Shown here: positions 8,693 to 17,815 of the stretch, piece by piece
Numbering within the stretch: the stretch's first letter is position 1
How the letters are laid out: the number at the start of each line of letters is the position of its first letter
Origin: Desulfovibrionaceae bacterium
Lineage (GTDB): Bacteria; Desulfobacterota; Desulfovibrionia; Desulfovibrionales; Desulfovibrionaceae
Direction: 5' to 3'
DNA length: 64,000 bases
Assembly: GCA_031551145.1 (NCBI GenBank)
Contig: JAVBNZ010000009.1
Span: forward strand, 2,824-66,823
The notes under the pieces: generated by a model
What the model was told of the DNA's origin: nothing
Database searches by the model: none
Seen by the model: the letters and a program-made list of their open reading frames with translations, nothing else
Position numbers and translations under genes: made by a program

Positions 8693-10396
8693 ATGCTCCG
8701 CCCTCTTTTCGTCGTCCTGTTCGGCCTTTTGCTCACCCATGCCCTGCTGGGTTGCGGCGGATGCTCCGGCCGCGAAAAAACCAAGGCTCCCGTCTCCTCT
8801 CCCGAAAAAATCGTCTGGAAACTCACCCCGGAAGCCCAGAACACCTATCTCTATCTGGTGCTCAACCTTGCCATGCGCAGGGACGACGACGCCCAAGCCC
8901 TGGAGGCCCTCAATCAGCTTGCCGCCCTGCCGGAATCCGATCCCCGCGTCTTTCTGGAAGGCGCCGTCTGGATGCTGGCCAAAAAATCCCCGCACGCTCA
9001 GGAAGTGATTGAAAAAGCCCTGGCAGCGCATCCGGACGATGTCAGTCTTCATCTCCTCCACGCGGAGGCCCTGCTTGAATTCGGCCAGGCGGAAAAAGCC
9101 CTGGCCCGCATGCGCGCCTTTGCGGAAACGCACCCCGGGGAAACGGACGCGAAAATAGAGCTGGCCCTGCTGCTCGTCAAACTCAAGCAGCCTGCGGAAG
9201 CCGAGCGCATCCTGGCCGCCCTGCCGGCGGAAGATCGCACCGCGATGGTCGAATATTATCATGCCCGCGCGCTCAACGATCTCAATCGCCCCGACGAGGC
9301 GATCGCGCATTTTCAGGCCGCGGTGAAGCGTGCGCCGAAGTTCCTCGAAGCCTGGGCCGAACTGGCCCATATGTACGAGCGCCGCAAGGAGCTGAAAAAA
9401 GCCCACGCCGCATATGAGGAATTGCTGCGCCTTTCCGAAAACAGCCCGGAAGTTCTGCTGCGGCTTACGGCCATTTCCCTGCGCCTGGGAGAAAAGAAGC
9501 ACGCCCTGGAATTCGTGCGCAAGGGGCCGGACACGCCTTCCTTCATTCTTACCGCGGCCAACATGTTCATCGAAGCCCGGCAGTGGGACACGGCCGAAGC
9601 CCTGCTCATGGAACTGCGCGCCAAGCCGGCTCCGCCCGAGGAATTGTATTTCTTCCTCGCCGGCATTGCCGTTGAGGCCCGCAACTCACCCGAGGAAGCC
9701 CTGCGCTGGATCGATCGCATCACTCCGAACAGCCGGGCCTACGAACGCGCCGTGCCGCTCAAGGTGCAGCTTCTGGCCAACATGGACAAACAGCCGGAAG
9801 CCCTGGCCTTTCTGCGTCAGGAGCGCGCCGCTCAGCCCGACAACAAAGAATACATCCAGCTTGAGATCCGCCTGCTTGCCGCCGCGAAAAAATGGGACGA
9901 AGCCCTGAAAGCGGCCGATTCCGCCCTGAAGGCGCATCCCGACGACCTCGATCTGGCCTTTTTGCGCGCCTCCATTCTGGATGAGTACGGCAAGAAACAA
10001 GAGGCGTATGCGGCAATGGAGGCCATTGTCAAAACGCAGCCCGATCATTTTCAGGCACTGAACTACATGGGCTACACCCTGGCGGATGAAAACCGCGATC
10101 TTCCCAAAGCCCTTGAACTTTTGACAAAGGCCGTATCTCTTGCCCCGGATCGGGCCTATATAGTAGATTCTCTCGCCTGGGCCCAGTACAGGCTGGGCAA
10201 ATTCGACGCGGCCTGGGAAAGCATCCGCAGGGCCGTGGAACTGGAAAACTCCGACGACCCCACCATATGGGAACATTACGGAGACATTGCCAAAGCCCTC
10301 GGCAACACGCAGGAAGCCCGCAAAGGCTATGTCAGGGCTCTTGAGTTCAAGCCCGAAAACGCCGACAGCCTGCGCGAAAGGTTATCCAAGTTATGA
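8693..10396 (+). CDS. TPR-repeat lipoprotein
   Basis: ORF 8651-10396. ATG 8693 gives a classical lipoprotein signal MLRPLFVVLFGLLLTHALLGC. The remainder is multiple TPR-like helical repeats. Confidence 0.75.
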   Translation: MLRPLFVVLFGLLLTHALLGCGGCSGREKTKAPVSSPEKIVWKLTPEAQNTYLYLVLNLAMRRDDDAQALEALNQLAALPESDPRVFLEGAVWMLAKKSPHAQEVIEKALAAHPDDVSLHLLHAEALLEFGQAEKALARMRAFAETHPGETDAKIELALLLVKLKQPAEAERILAALPAEDRTAMVEYYHARALNDLNRPDEAIAHFQAAVKRAPKFLEAWAELAHMYERRKELKKAHAAYEELLRLSENSPEVLLRLTAISLRLGEKKHALEFVRKGPDTPSFILTAANMFIEARQWDTAEALLMELRAKPAPPEELYFFLAGIAVEARNSPEEALRWIDRITPNSRAYERAVPLKVQLLANMDKQPEALAFLRQERAAQPDNKEYIQLEIRLLAAAKKWDEALKAADSALKAHPDDLDLAFLRASILDEYGKKQEAYAAMEAIVKTQPDHFQALNYMGYTLADENRDLPKALELLTKAVSLAPDRAYIVDSLAWAQYRLGKFDAAWESIRRAVELENSDDPTIWEHYGDIAKALGNTQEARKGYVRALEFKPENADSLRERLSKL

Positions 10397-10417
10397 ACAG
10401 CCGTTTCGCGGCCCTTT

Positions 10418-10547
10418 GCCTACAGCATTTTACGCTTGAAATCGTTGCCTGCCGGCGGGCGAAGCCCACCCTGCAACTCTTTCGCGCCATGGATTTTCAT
10501 GAAAACCCATGCAGAGCAATCAACTCATTTCATTCGTTCATTGCTCT
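10418..10547 (+). repeat. three-hairpin intergenic repeat, copy A (most diverged)
   Basis: Aligns along its length with 58325-58454 and 60176-60306. Shared blocks: ACGCTTGAAAT.GTTGC, CCGGCGGGCGAAGCCC, GCAACT.TTTCGCG, GATTTTC...GAAAA.CCC, AGAGCAAT...CATTGCTCT. Stems carry 1-2 mismatches. Confidence 0.7.
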
Positions 10548-11313
10548 GGTGCTCTGCGCCCTCTGCCTCACGGCCTGCGCCGGACGTCGGGCCGGTCTGC
10601 CCGCCGATCCGGCCGAACTGCGCGCGGCGCGGCAGCAATACGCGGACTACGCGTCCGAAGCCGCCGGGGAGCGCCGCAAGCCCACGCGCCTGCAGACCAG
10701 CCTGCGCTTCGGCACGGAAAACGACAGCCGCCGCGTTGTCGCACTGCTTTGGGAAAACGGCTCCGGTCCCATCCGCCTGGACGTGCGGGCCGGCATAGGC
10801 GCGAGCGCCGCCAAAATCCTTCAGGACGACAGGCGCTTTCTGCTCTATGCCGTGCAGGAAGGCCGCGCCTATTATCATGACGGTCCCCGGCAGAGCCTGA
10901 TCAACTACGGCCTGCCCCTGCCCTTCGGCCTGCGTGATCTCGCGGCGCTGCTGGCCGGCGACTTCGGCGCGGTTTTCGGCCCCGCCCTGCCCGACACAGC
11001 CGAACGCACCCCGAGCGGCAATCTGCTGTTCACCCTTTCGGGAAAACCCGGCGGCCTTGTGGAAATAGGCCCGCGCGGCCTGCCCCTGGTCTGGCGGGAC
11101 GAAAAAGACGGCTGGACGCTGACCTTCGGCTACGACGATGCCGCCCGGCCGCTTCCCCGGCGCGTCGAGGCCAGGCACAAGAACGGCAAGTACGCTCTTC
11201 TGCTGGTGAAAGAACGGGAACGCCCGGCCGTTCCTTTCACGCGGGAGCAGCTCGATCTTCCGCTGCCGCCCGGCACGCCGCTTTCGCCCATGAAGGAAAT
11301 GAAACGTCTGTAA
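10489..11313 (+). CDS. putative outer-membrane lipoprotein (function unknown; possibly LolB/DUF4292-like)
   Basis: ORF 10393-11313. ATG 10489 yields MDFHENPCRAINSFHSFIALVLCALCLTAC with lipobox LTAC. The 10393 start would put about 60 aa before the lipobox. The functional guess is weak. Confidence 0.6.
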   Translation: MDFHENPCRAINSFHSFIALVLCALCLTACAGRRAGLPADPAELRAARQQYADYASEAAGERRKPTRLQTSLRFGTENDSRRVVALLWENGSGPIRLDVRAGIGASAAKILQDDRRFLLYAVQEGRAYYHDGPRQSLINYGLPLPFGLRDLAALLAGDFGAVFGPALPDTAERTPSGNLLFTLSGKPGGLVEIGPRGLPLVWRDEKDGWTLTFGYDDAARPLPRRVEARHKNGKYALLLVKERERPAVPFTREQLDLPLPPGTPLSPMKEMKRL

Positions 11314-11326
11314 GTACGGAGTCCTC

Positions 11327-11758
11327 ATGTCCAAACACGTGCATATCGCTTCGGATCACGCCGGATTGGCGTTGAAGAACCTGCTTGTCGAACAGCTTTC
11401 GGGGCTCGACTTTGTGGTCAAAGATCACGGCACAAGCAGCCTGCAGAGCTGCGACTACCCCATCTATGCCCAGGCGCTCTGCCGTGCCGTGCTGGAGGAT
11501 GGGAATCCCGGCATTCTCATCTGCGGCTCCGGGCTCGGCATGTCCATCATGGCAAACCGCTTCAAAGGCATACGCGCGGTTGTCTGCACCAACGAATTCA
11601 TGGCCGGGGTCGCGCGCCTGCACAACAACGCCAATGTGCTCTGCCTGGGCTCGCGCGTTCTCGGCACGGATCTCGCCCTCAGCATCACAAAAACCTTTCT
11701 GGCCGGCGATTTTGAAGGCGGCCGCCACCAGCGCCGCATAGACCTGCTTGACGCTTAA
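11327..11758 (+). CDS. rpiB: ribose-5-phosphate isomerase B
   Basis: IASDHAGLALK, CGSGLGMSIMANRFKGIRAV, NNANVLCLGSRV; 143 aa. Confidence 0.92.
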   Translation: MSKHVHIASDHAGLALKNLLVEQLSGLDFVVKDHGTSSLQSCDYPIYAQALCRAVLEDGNPGILICGSGLGMSIMANRFKGIRAVVCTNEFMAGVARLHNNANVLCLGSRVLGTDLALSITKTFLAGDFEGGRHQRRIDLLDA

Positions 11759-11772
11759 CCGGATACGGACGC

Positions 11773-13227
11773 ATGAAGCTCTACAACTCCCTCACCCGCG
11801 CGAAAGAAGATTTCATTCCGGTCACACCCGGCAAGGTCAACATCTACGTCTGCGGCATCACCGCCTACGACCTCTGCCACGTGGGGCACGCACGCTCAGC
11901 CCTGGTTTTCGACGTCCTCGTCCGGCACCTGCGCCGTTCAAACCTCGAGGTCTTTTTCGTCCGCAACTTCACGGATGTGGACGACAAAATCATCAAGCGC
12001 GCCCATGACGACGGCCGCGACTGGCGCGAGGTTGCCGAAACCTACATGCGCTGCTTCCACGAGGACATGGACCGACTGGGCGTGCTCAGGGCGGACGCCG
12101 AGCCGAAGGCCACGGATTTCATCAAGGAAATGCAGGATCTTTGCGAACGGCTTCTCCGCGAAAACAAAGCCTATGCCACGGCTTCGGGCGACGTATATTT
12201 CAAGGTACGCGCCTTTCCCGAATACGGCAAACTTTCCGGGCGCAGCCCGGACGAGCTGCGGGCCGGCGCCCGCGTGGCCCCCGGCGAGGAAAAGCACGAC
12301 CCGCTTGATTTCGCCCTCTGGAAATCCGCCAAGCCGGGCGAACCTTTCTGGGAAAGCCCCTGGGGCAAGGGTCGCCCCGGCTGGCACATCGAATGCTCGG
12401 CCATGAGCGCGCCCTACCTTCCCCTCGACATCCACGGAGGGGGCCTGGATCTCATCTTCCCCCACCACGAGAACGAAATAGCCCAGACCGAGGCCGCCTG
12501 CGCCTGCACGCTTGCCCGCTTCTGGGTGCATAACGGCTTCGTGCAGGTAAATGCGGAAAAAATGTCCAAATCTCTGGGCAATTTTACAACCATCCGCGAC
12601 ATTCTCGAACGGTATTTGCCGGAAACCCTGCGCTTCTTTCTGCTCGCCAAGCACTACCGCAGCCCGGTGGACTACAGTTTCGACAGTATGGACGAAACGG
12701 AAAGAGCCCAGCGCCGCATGTATCATGCCCTGGCCGAAGTGGACGTTGCCCTGGCCCGTGACGCATGGAAAGCTCTTCCCTTCCCTTCGGACAGGTCCGC
12801 CGAAGCCGAACGCCTTGAAGACGCCTTTGCCCGCGCCCTGGATGACGACCTCAACACCGCCTCGGCCCTGGGGCACGCCTTTGCCTTTCTGAAACTCGTC
12901 AAAAGCCTGCTGGACGACAAAAAGCTGCGCAACAGCGAAGGCGCGCGGGACATTTTTCTGCGCTTCCGCCGTTGCGCCGGGGAGTGGCATGACGTGCTCG
13001 GCCTTTTCGGCGCGGAGCCGGCCGTTTTTCTCGCGGAACTGCGCAACTGCCGCATCACGCGCGGCAACATCGACACCGCGGCCGTTGAAACGATATTGGA
13101 ACGCCGCGCCGCCGCCCGGCGCGACAAGGATTTTGCCGCTTCCGACGCCCTGCGCGACGAACTGTTCGCCAAGGGCATAGAAGTGCGCGACACCCCGCAG
13201 GGCCAGGAATGGGATATAGCGGGATAA
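11773..13227 (+). CDS. cysS: cysteine--tRNA ligase
   Basis: MKLYNSLTR..., HIGH-type [21 protein letters not shown] present; 484 aa. Confidence 0.97.
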   Translation: MKLYNSLTRAKEDFIPVTPGKVNIYVCGITAYDLCHVGHARSALVFDVLVRHLRRSNLEVFFVRNFTDVDDKIIKRAHDDGRDWREVAETYMRCFHEDMDRLGVLRADAEPKATDFIKEMQDLCERLLRENKAYATASGDVYFKVRAFPEYGKLSGRSPDELRAGARVAPGEEKHDPLDFALWKSAKPGEPFWESPWGKGRPGWHIECSAMSAPYLPLDIHGGGLDLIFPHHENEIAQTEAACACTLARFWVHNGFVQVNAEKMSKSLGNFTTIRDILERYLPETLRFFLLAKHYRSPVDYSFDSMDETERAQRRMYHALAEVDVALARDAWKALPFPSDRSAEAERLEDAFARALDDDLNTASALGHAFAFLKLVKSLLDDKKLRNSEGARDIFLRFRRCAGEWHDVLGLFGAEPAVFLAELRNCRITRGNIDTAAVETILERRAAARRDKDFAASDALRDELFAKGIEVRDTPQGQEWDIAG

Positions 13228-13254
13228 CCGTTTAATGGTAGAATACGAATATAC

Positions 13255-14658
13255 ATGTTTCGGCGTGCCAAATCCCTCCTTGCGCTCGTGCTCGCGCTCA
13301 ATCTGACGCTGCAGGGCGCGTTGCCTGCCCAGGCCTTCTTCTTCGGCGGCGTGGGCATTAAAGACGAAGTCGAAATGGGCCGCAAGTTCGACCTCATGGT
13401 GCGTTCGCAACTGCCCATGATCGACGATCCTGAAGTGACCCTTTATGTGCGTTCCATTATTGAAAAACTCCTGAGTGTACTTCCACCTCAGCCTTTCCGT
13501 TACACCACCGGTGTTATCCGCAACAATGCCCTCAATGCCTTTGCCGTGCCGGGCGGCTATGTGTATGTTTTTTCCGGCCTGATGATGAATTTCGACACCG
13601 AATCCGAGCTGGCCGGCGTGCTTGCGCACGAACTGGCCCACGTTACACAGCGCCATGTGGCATCCCGCATCGAGCGCGGCCAGATGCTCACCGTGGGAGC
13701 GCTTTTGCTGGCCATCGCCGGCGTGGCCGTGGGCGGCGGCGCCGGGGGCGCGGCCATCATGACCGCCATGACCGGCGCGCAGTCCGCCATGCTGAACTAC
13801 AGCCGCATTGACGAAAACGAAGCGGATCACGCGGGTTTCCAATATCTGGTCAAGGCCGGCTACAACGCGCAGGGCATGGTGGGCGGTTTTCAGAAAATCC
13901 GGCGTAAAAGCTGGATGAGCGGCAGCAACATCCCCACTTATCTTTCCACGCACCCGGATCTCAACGACCGCATCTCCGGCATTGTTTCGCGCATCGAATC
14001 CATGCCGGCCTCCATGCGCAGCAGGAAAGAGGACAACAACCGCTTTCAGCGCGTCAAAACCCTGCTCTGGGCGCGCTACGGCGATCCGGACGCGGCGCTG
14101 CAGATTTTCGCCAAAAGCAGGGACTGCCTTTCCCGCATGGGCGAAGGCATGGTGTATTCGCGCCGCAACCGGGTGCCGGAAGCGGCCAAGGCTTTTGAGG
14201 AAGCCCTGCGCTGCGGCTCGAACGATCCGCTCGTGCTGCGCGAGGCAGGCATTTTCCATTACAGCCGGGGGGATCAGAACCGGGCCGGGACGTTGCTCAT
14301 GAGCGCCATGACGAAAGACCCCAACGACTACATGGCCCGCTTCTACTACGCCCGGCTCATGGACGAAACCGGCAGGCCCGTGGAAGCCCATCCCTACTAT
14401 AAGGAAGTGCTGCGTCACATCCCGGACGACGCCGACGTGCACGAATTTTATGGCCGTTCCCTGGGCAAGGCGAACATGCTCTTTCCCGCCTTTCTCCACC
14501 TTGCCTATGGGGCCATGTACAGCAACAACAAGAAAAAAACCGAGCAGTTCCTGGGCCAAGCCAAGGGAGCGGCGCGTACCTCGGCCGATCAGGCCGATCT
14601 GGCCCGCTTCAACGAGCGCTACAAGGAACGCAGCGAAATCTGGAAAGAGGTAATGTAG
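13255..14658 (+). CDS. M48-family zinc metallopeptidase with C-terminal TPR domain (BepA/YfgC-like)
   Basis: Signal peptide, HELAHVTQRH zinc motif, ENEADHAG, C-terminal TPR-like repeats. Confidence 0.85.
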   Translation: MFRRAKSLLALVLALNLTLQGALPAQAFFFGGVGIKDEVEMGRKFDLMVRSQLPMIDDPEVTLYVRSIIEKLLSVLPPQPFRYTTGVIRNNALNAFAVPGGYVYVFSGLMMNFDTESELAGVLAHELAHVTQRHVASRIERGQMLTVGALLLAIAGVAVGGGAGGAAIMTAMTGAQSAMLNYSRIDENEADHAGFQYLVKAGYNAQGMVGGFQKIRRKSWMSGSNIPTYLSTHPDLNDRISGIVSRIESMPASMRSRKEDNNRFQRVKTLLWARYGDPDAALQIFAKSRDCLSRMGEGMVYSRRNRVPEAAKAFEEALRCGSNDPLVLREAGIFHYSRGDQNRAGTLLMSAMTKDPNDYMARFYYARLMDETGRPVEAHPYYKEVLRHIPDDADVHEFYGRSLGKANMLFPAFLHLAYGAMYSNNKKKTEQFLGQAKGAARTSADQADLARFNERYKERSEIWKEVM

Positions 14659-15195
14659 ATGGATATGCACGCAACCACCATTTTGGCCGTGCGGCGCGAA
14701 GGCGTCACCGCTCTGGCGGGCGACGGACAGGTCACGCTCGGCCAGGGACTGGTGATGAAGCATACGGCCAACAAGATCCGCCGCCTGTACAATGATAAGG
14801 TGCTGGCGGGCTTTGCCGGCGCAACGGCCGACGCCTTCACTCTTTTTGAACGTTTTGAAGCCAAACTGGACGAAATGCGCGGCAACCTCAGGCGCGCCGC
14901 CGTGGAACTGGCCAAGGACTGGCGCAAGGACAAATACCTGCGCCGGCTCGAAGCCATGCTGCTGCTGGCCGACAAGGAGCATATCCTGCTGCTTTCCGGC
15001 ACGGGCGACGTTATAGACCCCGACGACGGCCTTGCCGCCATCGGCAGCGGCGGCCCCTACGCCCTGGCGGCCGCCCGCGCGCTTGCGCGCCGCTCCTCGC
15101 TCGACGCCGAGGAAATCGCGCGCGAATCCATGCGCATCGCGGCCGAACTCTGCGTCTACACCAACGAGCACCTGAACATCGAAGTGCTGCGCTGA
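14659..15195 (+). CDS. hslV: ATP-dependent protease subunit HslV
   Basis: [56 protein letters not shown]. The start is ATG 14659 or 14665. Note the residues preceding the catalytic TT (see findings). Confidence 0.93.
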   Translation: MDMHATTILAVRREGVTALAGDGQVTLGQGLVMKHTANKIRRLYNDKVLAGFAGATADAFTLFERFEAKLDEMRGNLRRAAVELAKDWRKDKYLRRLEAMLLLADKEHILLLSGTGDVIDPDDGLAAIGSGGPYALAAARALARRSSLDAEEIARESMRIAAELCVYTNEHLNIEVLR

Positions 15196-16095
15196 ATGCC
15201 GCCCCTCGCCGTTCGGGCCGGCTGCAAGGTCAACCTTTCGCTGCGCATCACCGGGGTAACGGAACGGGGCTACCATACGCTGGATTCGATCTTCTTCCCC
15301 CTGCCGGAACCGCACGATCTACTGCGCATCCAACCGGCCGGCCGGCCGGGCCTTGCGCTGCACTGCGCCGATCCCGCGCTCGATCCCGCCGACAATACGC
15401 TTACGCGCGCCTACGCGGCCTATGCCGAAGCCTGCGCTTTCGCGCCGGCCCTGGAACTGCTGCTGGAAAAAAATATTCCGTCAGGAGCCGGGCTGGGGGG
15501 CGGCAGTTCCGATGCGGCGGCCCTGCTGGGCGTGCTGAACGCGCTCAATCCCCGTCCGCTGGACACGGCCCGTCTGTGCGCCACGGCCCTGCGCGTGGGC
15601 GCTGACGTGCCCTTTTTTCTGCGCAATGCGCCCTGCCGCGTGCGGGGCATAGGCGAACTGTGCGAGCCCTGTGCCGCACTTCCTGTTGCCGGGCTGCACC
15701 TTCTTCTGCTCTGCCCGACGATTTCGATATCCACGGCCTGGGCCTATGCCGCCTGGGACGCCCTGTCCCATTCTAATTTCTTGACAAAGAACGAGGCTGA
15801 GGCTAAGGAGATGAACTTCCGCCCCGTTCGGGTGTTCAACGACCTTGAGGACGCCGTGTTTGCGGCCTATCCGGAGCTTGCGCACCTTAAGCGGGAACTG
15901 TTCCGGCAAGGAGCGGCAGCGGCCCTTATGAGCGGCAGCGGATCAAGCCTGTTCGGCCTGTTCCGCGACCGGAACACAGCGGATGCGGCAGCGGAATTGT
16001 TTCGGAAACAGGGCATGCGCGTGTATCTGCATACTCTGGAGCAAAAAATTCCACTTTTTGCTCCCGGCACTACTGGGGTGTCGCCAAGTCGGTAA
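15196..16095 (+). CDS. ispE: 4-diphosphocytidyl-2-C-methyl-D-erythritol kinase
   Basis: KVNLSLRITGVTERGYHTLDSIF and GHMP kinase loop IPSGAGLGGGSSDAAA. The last 22 nt, including the TAA stop, lie inside tRNA-Gln. Confidence 0.9.
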   Translation: MPPLAVRAGCKVNLSLRITGVTERGYHTLDSIFFPLPEPHDLLRIQPAGRPGLALHCADPALDPADNTLTRAYAAYAEACAFAPALELLLEKNIPSGAGLGGGSSDAAALLGVLNALNPRPLDTARLCATALRVGADVPFFLRNAPCRVRGIGELCEPCAALPVAGLHLLLLCPTISISTAWAYAAWDALSHSNFLTKNEAEAKEMNFRPVRVFNDLEDAVFAAYPELAHLKRELFRQGAAAALMSGSGSSLFGLFRDRNTADAAAELFRKQGMRVYLHTLEQKIPLFAPGTTGVSPSR

Positions 16096-16149
16096 GGCAA
16101 CGGGTTTTGGTCCCGTCATTCGAGGGTTCGAATCCTTCCGCCCCAGCCA
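16074..16149 (+). tRNA. tRNA-Gln (anticodon TTG)
   Basis: Hand-folded cloverleaf: acceptor TGGGGTG/CGCCCCA, anticodon stem ACGGG/CCCGT with loop TTTTGGT, T-loop GGTTCGAATCC, encoded CCA. Confidence 0.9.
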
Positions 16150-16198
16150 TTCATTAGGGCACGGCATCGCGTCGGGGCGTTTACGGCAAGGTTGGATC

Positions 16199-17140
16199 AT
16201 GTACGGCAATTTGAAAATACTGACCGGCTCCGCTCATCCGGAACTGGCCAAGGCCATTTGCAACCACCTCGGCTGCCAGCTTACCCCCACTCTGACCAGT
16301 ACCTTCAGCGACGGGGAACTGCGCGTTGAAATAAGCGACAACGTGCGCGGAGACGATGTTTTCGTCATCCAGCCCACCTGCACGCCGGTCAACAGCCATC
16401 TCATCCAGCTCTGCCTCATGCTCGACGCGCTCAAACGCGCCAGCGCCGGACGCATCACCGCCGTGGTGCCCTATTACGGCTATGCCCGCCAGGATCGCAA
16501 GGTGACGCCGCGCGCGCCCATCAGCGCCAAGATGGTGGCGGACTTTTTGCGTGTGGCCGGCGCACAGCGCATGGTTACCATCGACCTGCACGCCGGGCAG
16601 ATTCAGGGCTTTTTCGACTGCCCGGTCGACAACCTTTTTGCCGCGCCGGTCTTTCTGGAATACCTGCGTACCCTGGAAAACGGGGATCTCGTATTCGTTT
16701 CGCCCGACGCCGGCGGCGTGGAGCGCACCCGCGCCTACGCCAAACGCCTCAATGCCGGGCTCGCCATTGTGGACAAGCGGCGCGACGCCCCCAACCAGGC
16801 CAGCGCCATGAACCTCATCGGCGACGTGCGGGGCAAGACCGCCGTGGTGCTCGACGACATGATCGACACCGCCGGCACCCTCTGCGCGGCCGGCGAAGTG
16901 CTGATGCAGCACGGCGCGAAAGACGTGATGGCCTGCGCCACCCATGCCGTGCTTTCCGGTCCGGCGGTGGAACGCATCAACGCCTCCCCCTTCAGCCGCA
17001 TCATCGTCAGCGACACCATCCCCCAGGGCGACAAGGGCGATCGCTGTCCGAAGCTTACATATCTGAATATGGCCGGCCTGTTGGCCAGATCCATCCATAA
17101 CATCCACACCGGTTCCTCGGTGAGCGTCCTCTTTGTATAA
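16199..17140 (+). CDS. prs: ribose-phosphate pyrophosphokinase
   Basis: ORF 15983-17140 trimmed to ATG 16199 (MYGNLKILTGSAHPELA...), because the track start would run through the tRNA. PRPP loop VVLDDMIDTAGTL. Confidence 0.95.
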   Translation: MYGNLKILTGSAHPELAKAICNHLGCQLTPTLTSTFSDGELRVEISDNVRGDDVFVIQPTCTPVNSHLIQLCLMLDALKRASAGRITAVVPYYGYARQDRKVTPRAPISAKMVADFLRVAGAQRMVTIDLHAGQIQGFFDCPVDNLFAAPVFLEYLRTLENGDLVFVSPDAGGVERTRAYAKRLNAGLAIVDKRRDAPNQASAMNLIGDVRGKTAVVLDDMIDTAGTLCAAGEVLMQHGAKDVMACATHAVLSGPAVERINASPFSRIIVSDTIPQGDKGDRCPKLTYLNMAGLLARSIHNIHTGSSVSVLFV

Positions 17141-17151
17141 GGAGAAAAGCC

Positions 17152-17760
17152 ATGTCCATTGAAAAAACCCTGCAGGTCGGCAAACGCGAAGGTAGGGGCA
17201 AGGGCTCCAACCGTCGCCTGCGCGCCGAAACTCTGGTGCCCGGCGTGTTCTACAACGGCGGAGGCGAAAACATCCCCGTGCAGGTTCCCGCGCTGCCCAT
17301 GGAAAAGCTGCTGTCCGCCGTCGGCAGGAACACCGTGTTCAACATCGAGATCGACGATAACGGCAGGAAGACGAAGTACCCCGCCCTGATCTGGGACGTG
17401 CAGTACCATCCCTTCAAGCGCGCTTTCCTGCATGTCGATTTTTACGGCGTGGATCTCGACAAGCCCGTGGTCGTGCGCGTGCCCATTGAGTTCACCGGCG
17501 TTTCCAAGGGCGTGAAATTGGGCGGGCAGCTTGAAACCTACCGCGAGTCCATCCGCCTCTCCGGCAAGCCCCTGGACATGCCCAAGAAGATCACGGTGGA
17601 CATCAGCGATATGGACATCAATGCCGCGATCCACGCGGCCGATCTTGCGTTGCCGGAAGGCGTCAGCGCCGTCTACTCCACAAACTACTGCATCGTGGCC
17701 GTGCATATGCCGGGCAGCGAAGAAGCGGAAGGCGAAGAAGCGGCGGCCCAGTCATCCTAG
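17152..17760 (+). CDS. rplY: 50S ribosomal protein L25 / general stress protein Ctc
   Basis: L25/Ctc-type two-domain beta protein with acidic C-terminal tail; RBS AAGGAGAAAAG upstream. Confidence 0.9.
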   Translation: MSIEKTLQVGKREGRGKGSNRRLRAETLVPGVFYNGGGENIPVQVPALPMEKLLSAVGRNTVFNIEIDDNGRKTKYPALIWDVQYHPFKRAFLHVDFYGVDLDKPVVVRVPIEFTGVSKGVKLGGQLETYRESIRLSGKPLDMPKKITVDISDMDINAAIHAADLALPEGVSAVYSTNYCIVAVHMPGSEEAEGEEAAAQSS

Positions 17761-17782
17761 CGCGGCATCGCGCCGGCTTTTC

Positions 17783-17812
17783 GGCCGATCCCGCAAGGGA
17801 TCGGCCTTTTTT
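17783..17812 (+). terminator. intrinsic terminator after rplY
   Basis: GGCCGATCCC-GCAA-GGGATCGGCC perfect 10-bp stem followed by TTTTTT. Confidence 0.8.
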
Positions 17813-17815
17813 CTC

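Noticed and set aside
11938-15315. A 1125-aa minus-strand ORF, the longest in the track.
   Set aside because: It is antisense to cysS, the M48 peptidase and hslV, all of which have unmistakable family motifs. Its translation is Gly/Ala/Arg/His/Val-rich with no motif. Long stop-free antisense frames are expected in high-GC DNA.
15983-16198. N-terminal extensions of ORFs in the supplied track. Examples: prs from 15983, hydrolase from 17531, carD from 19417, rho from 20392, ilvC from 37331, pgk to 62794, PreA-like to 28060, orphan gene from 42052.
   Set aside because: The extensions run through tRNA genes, upstream genes or intergenic repeats, and lack an RBS. Internal starts with an RBS reproduce the canonical N-termini.
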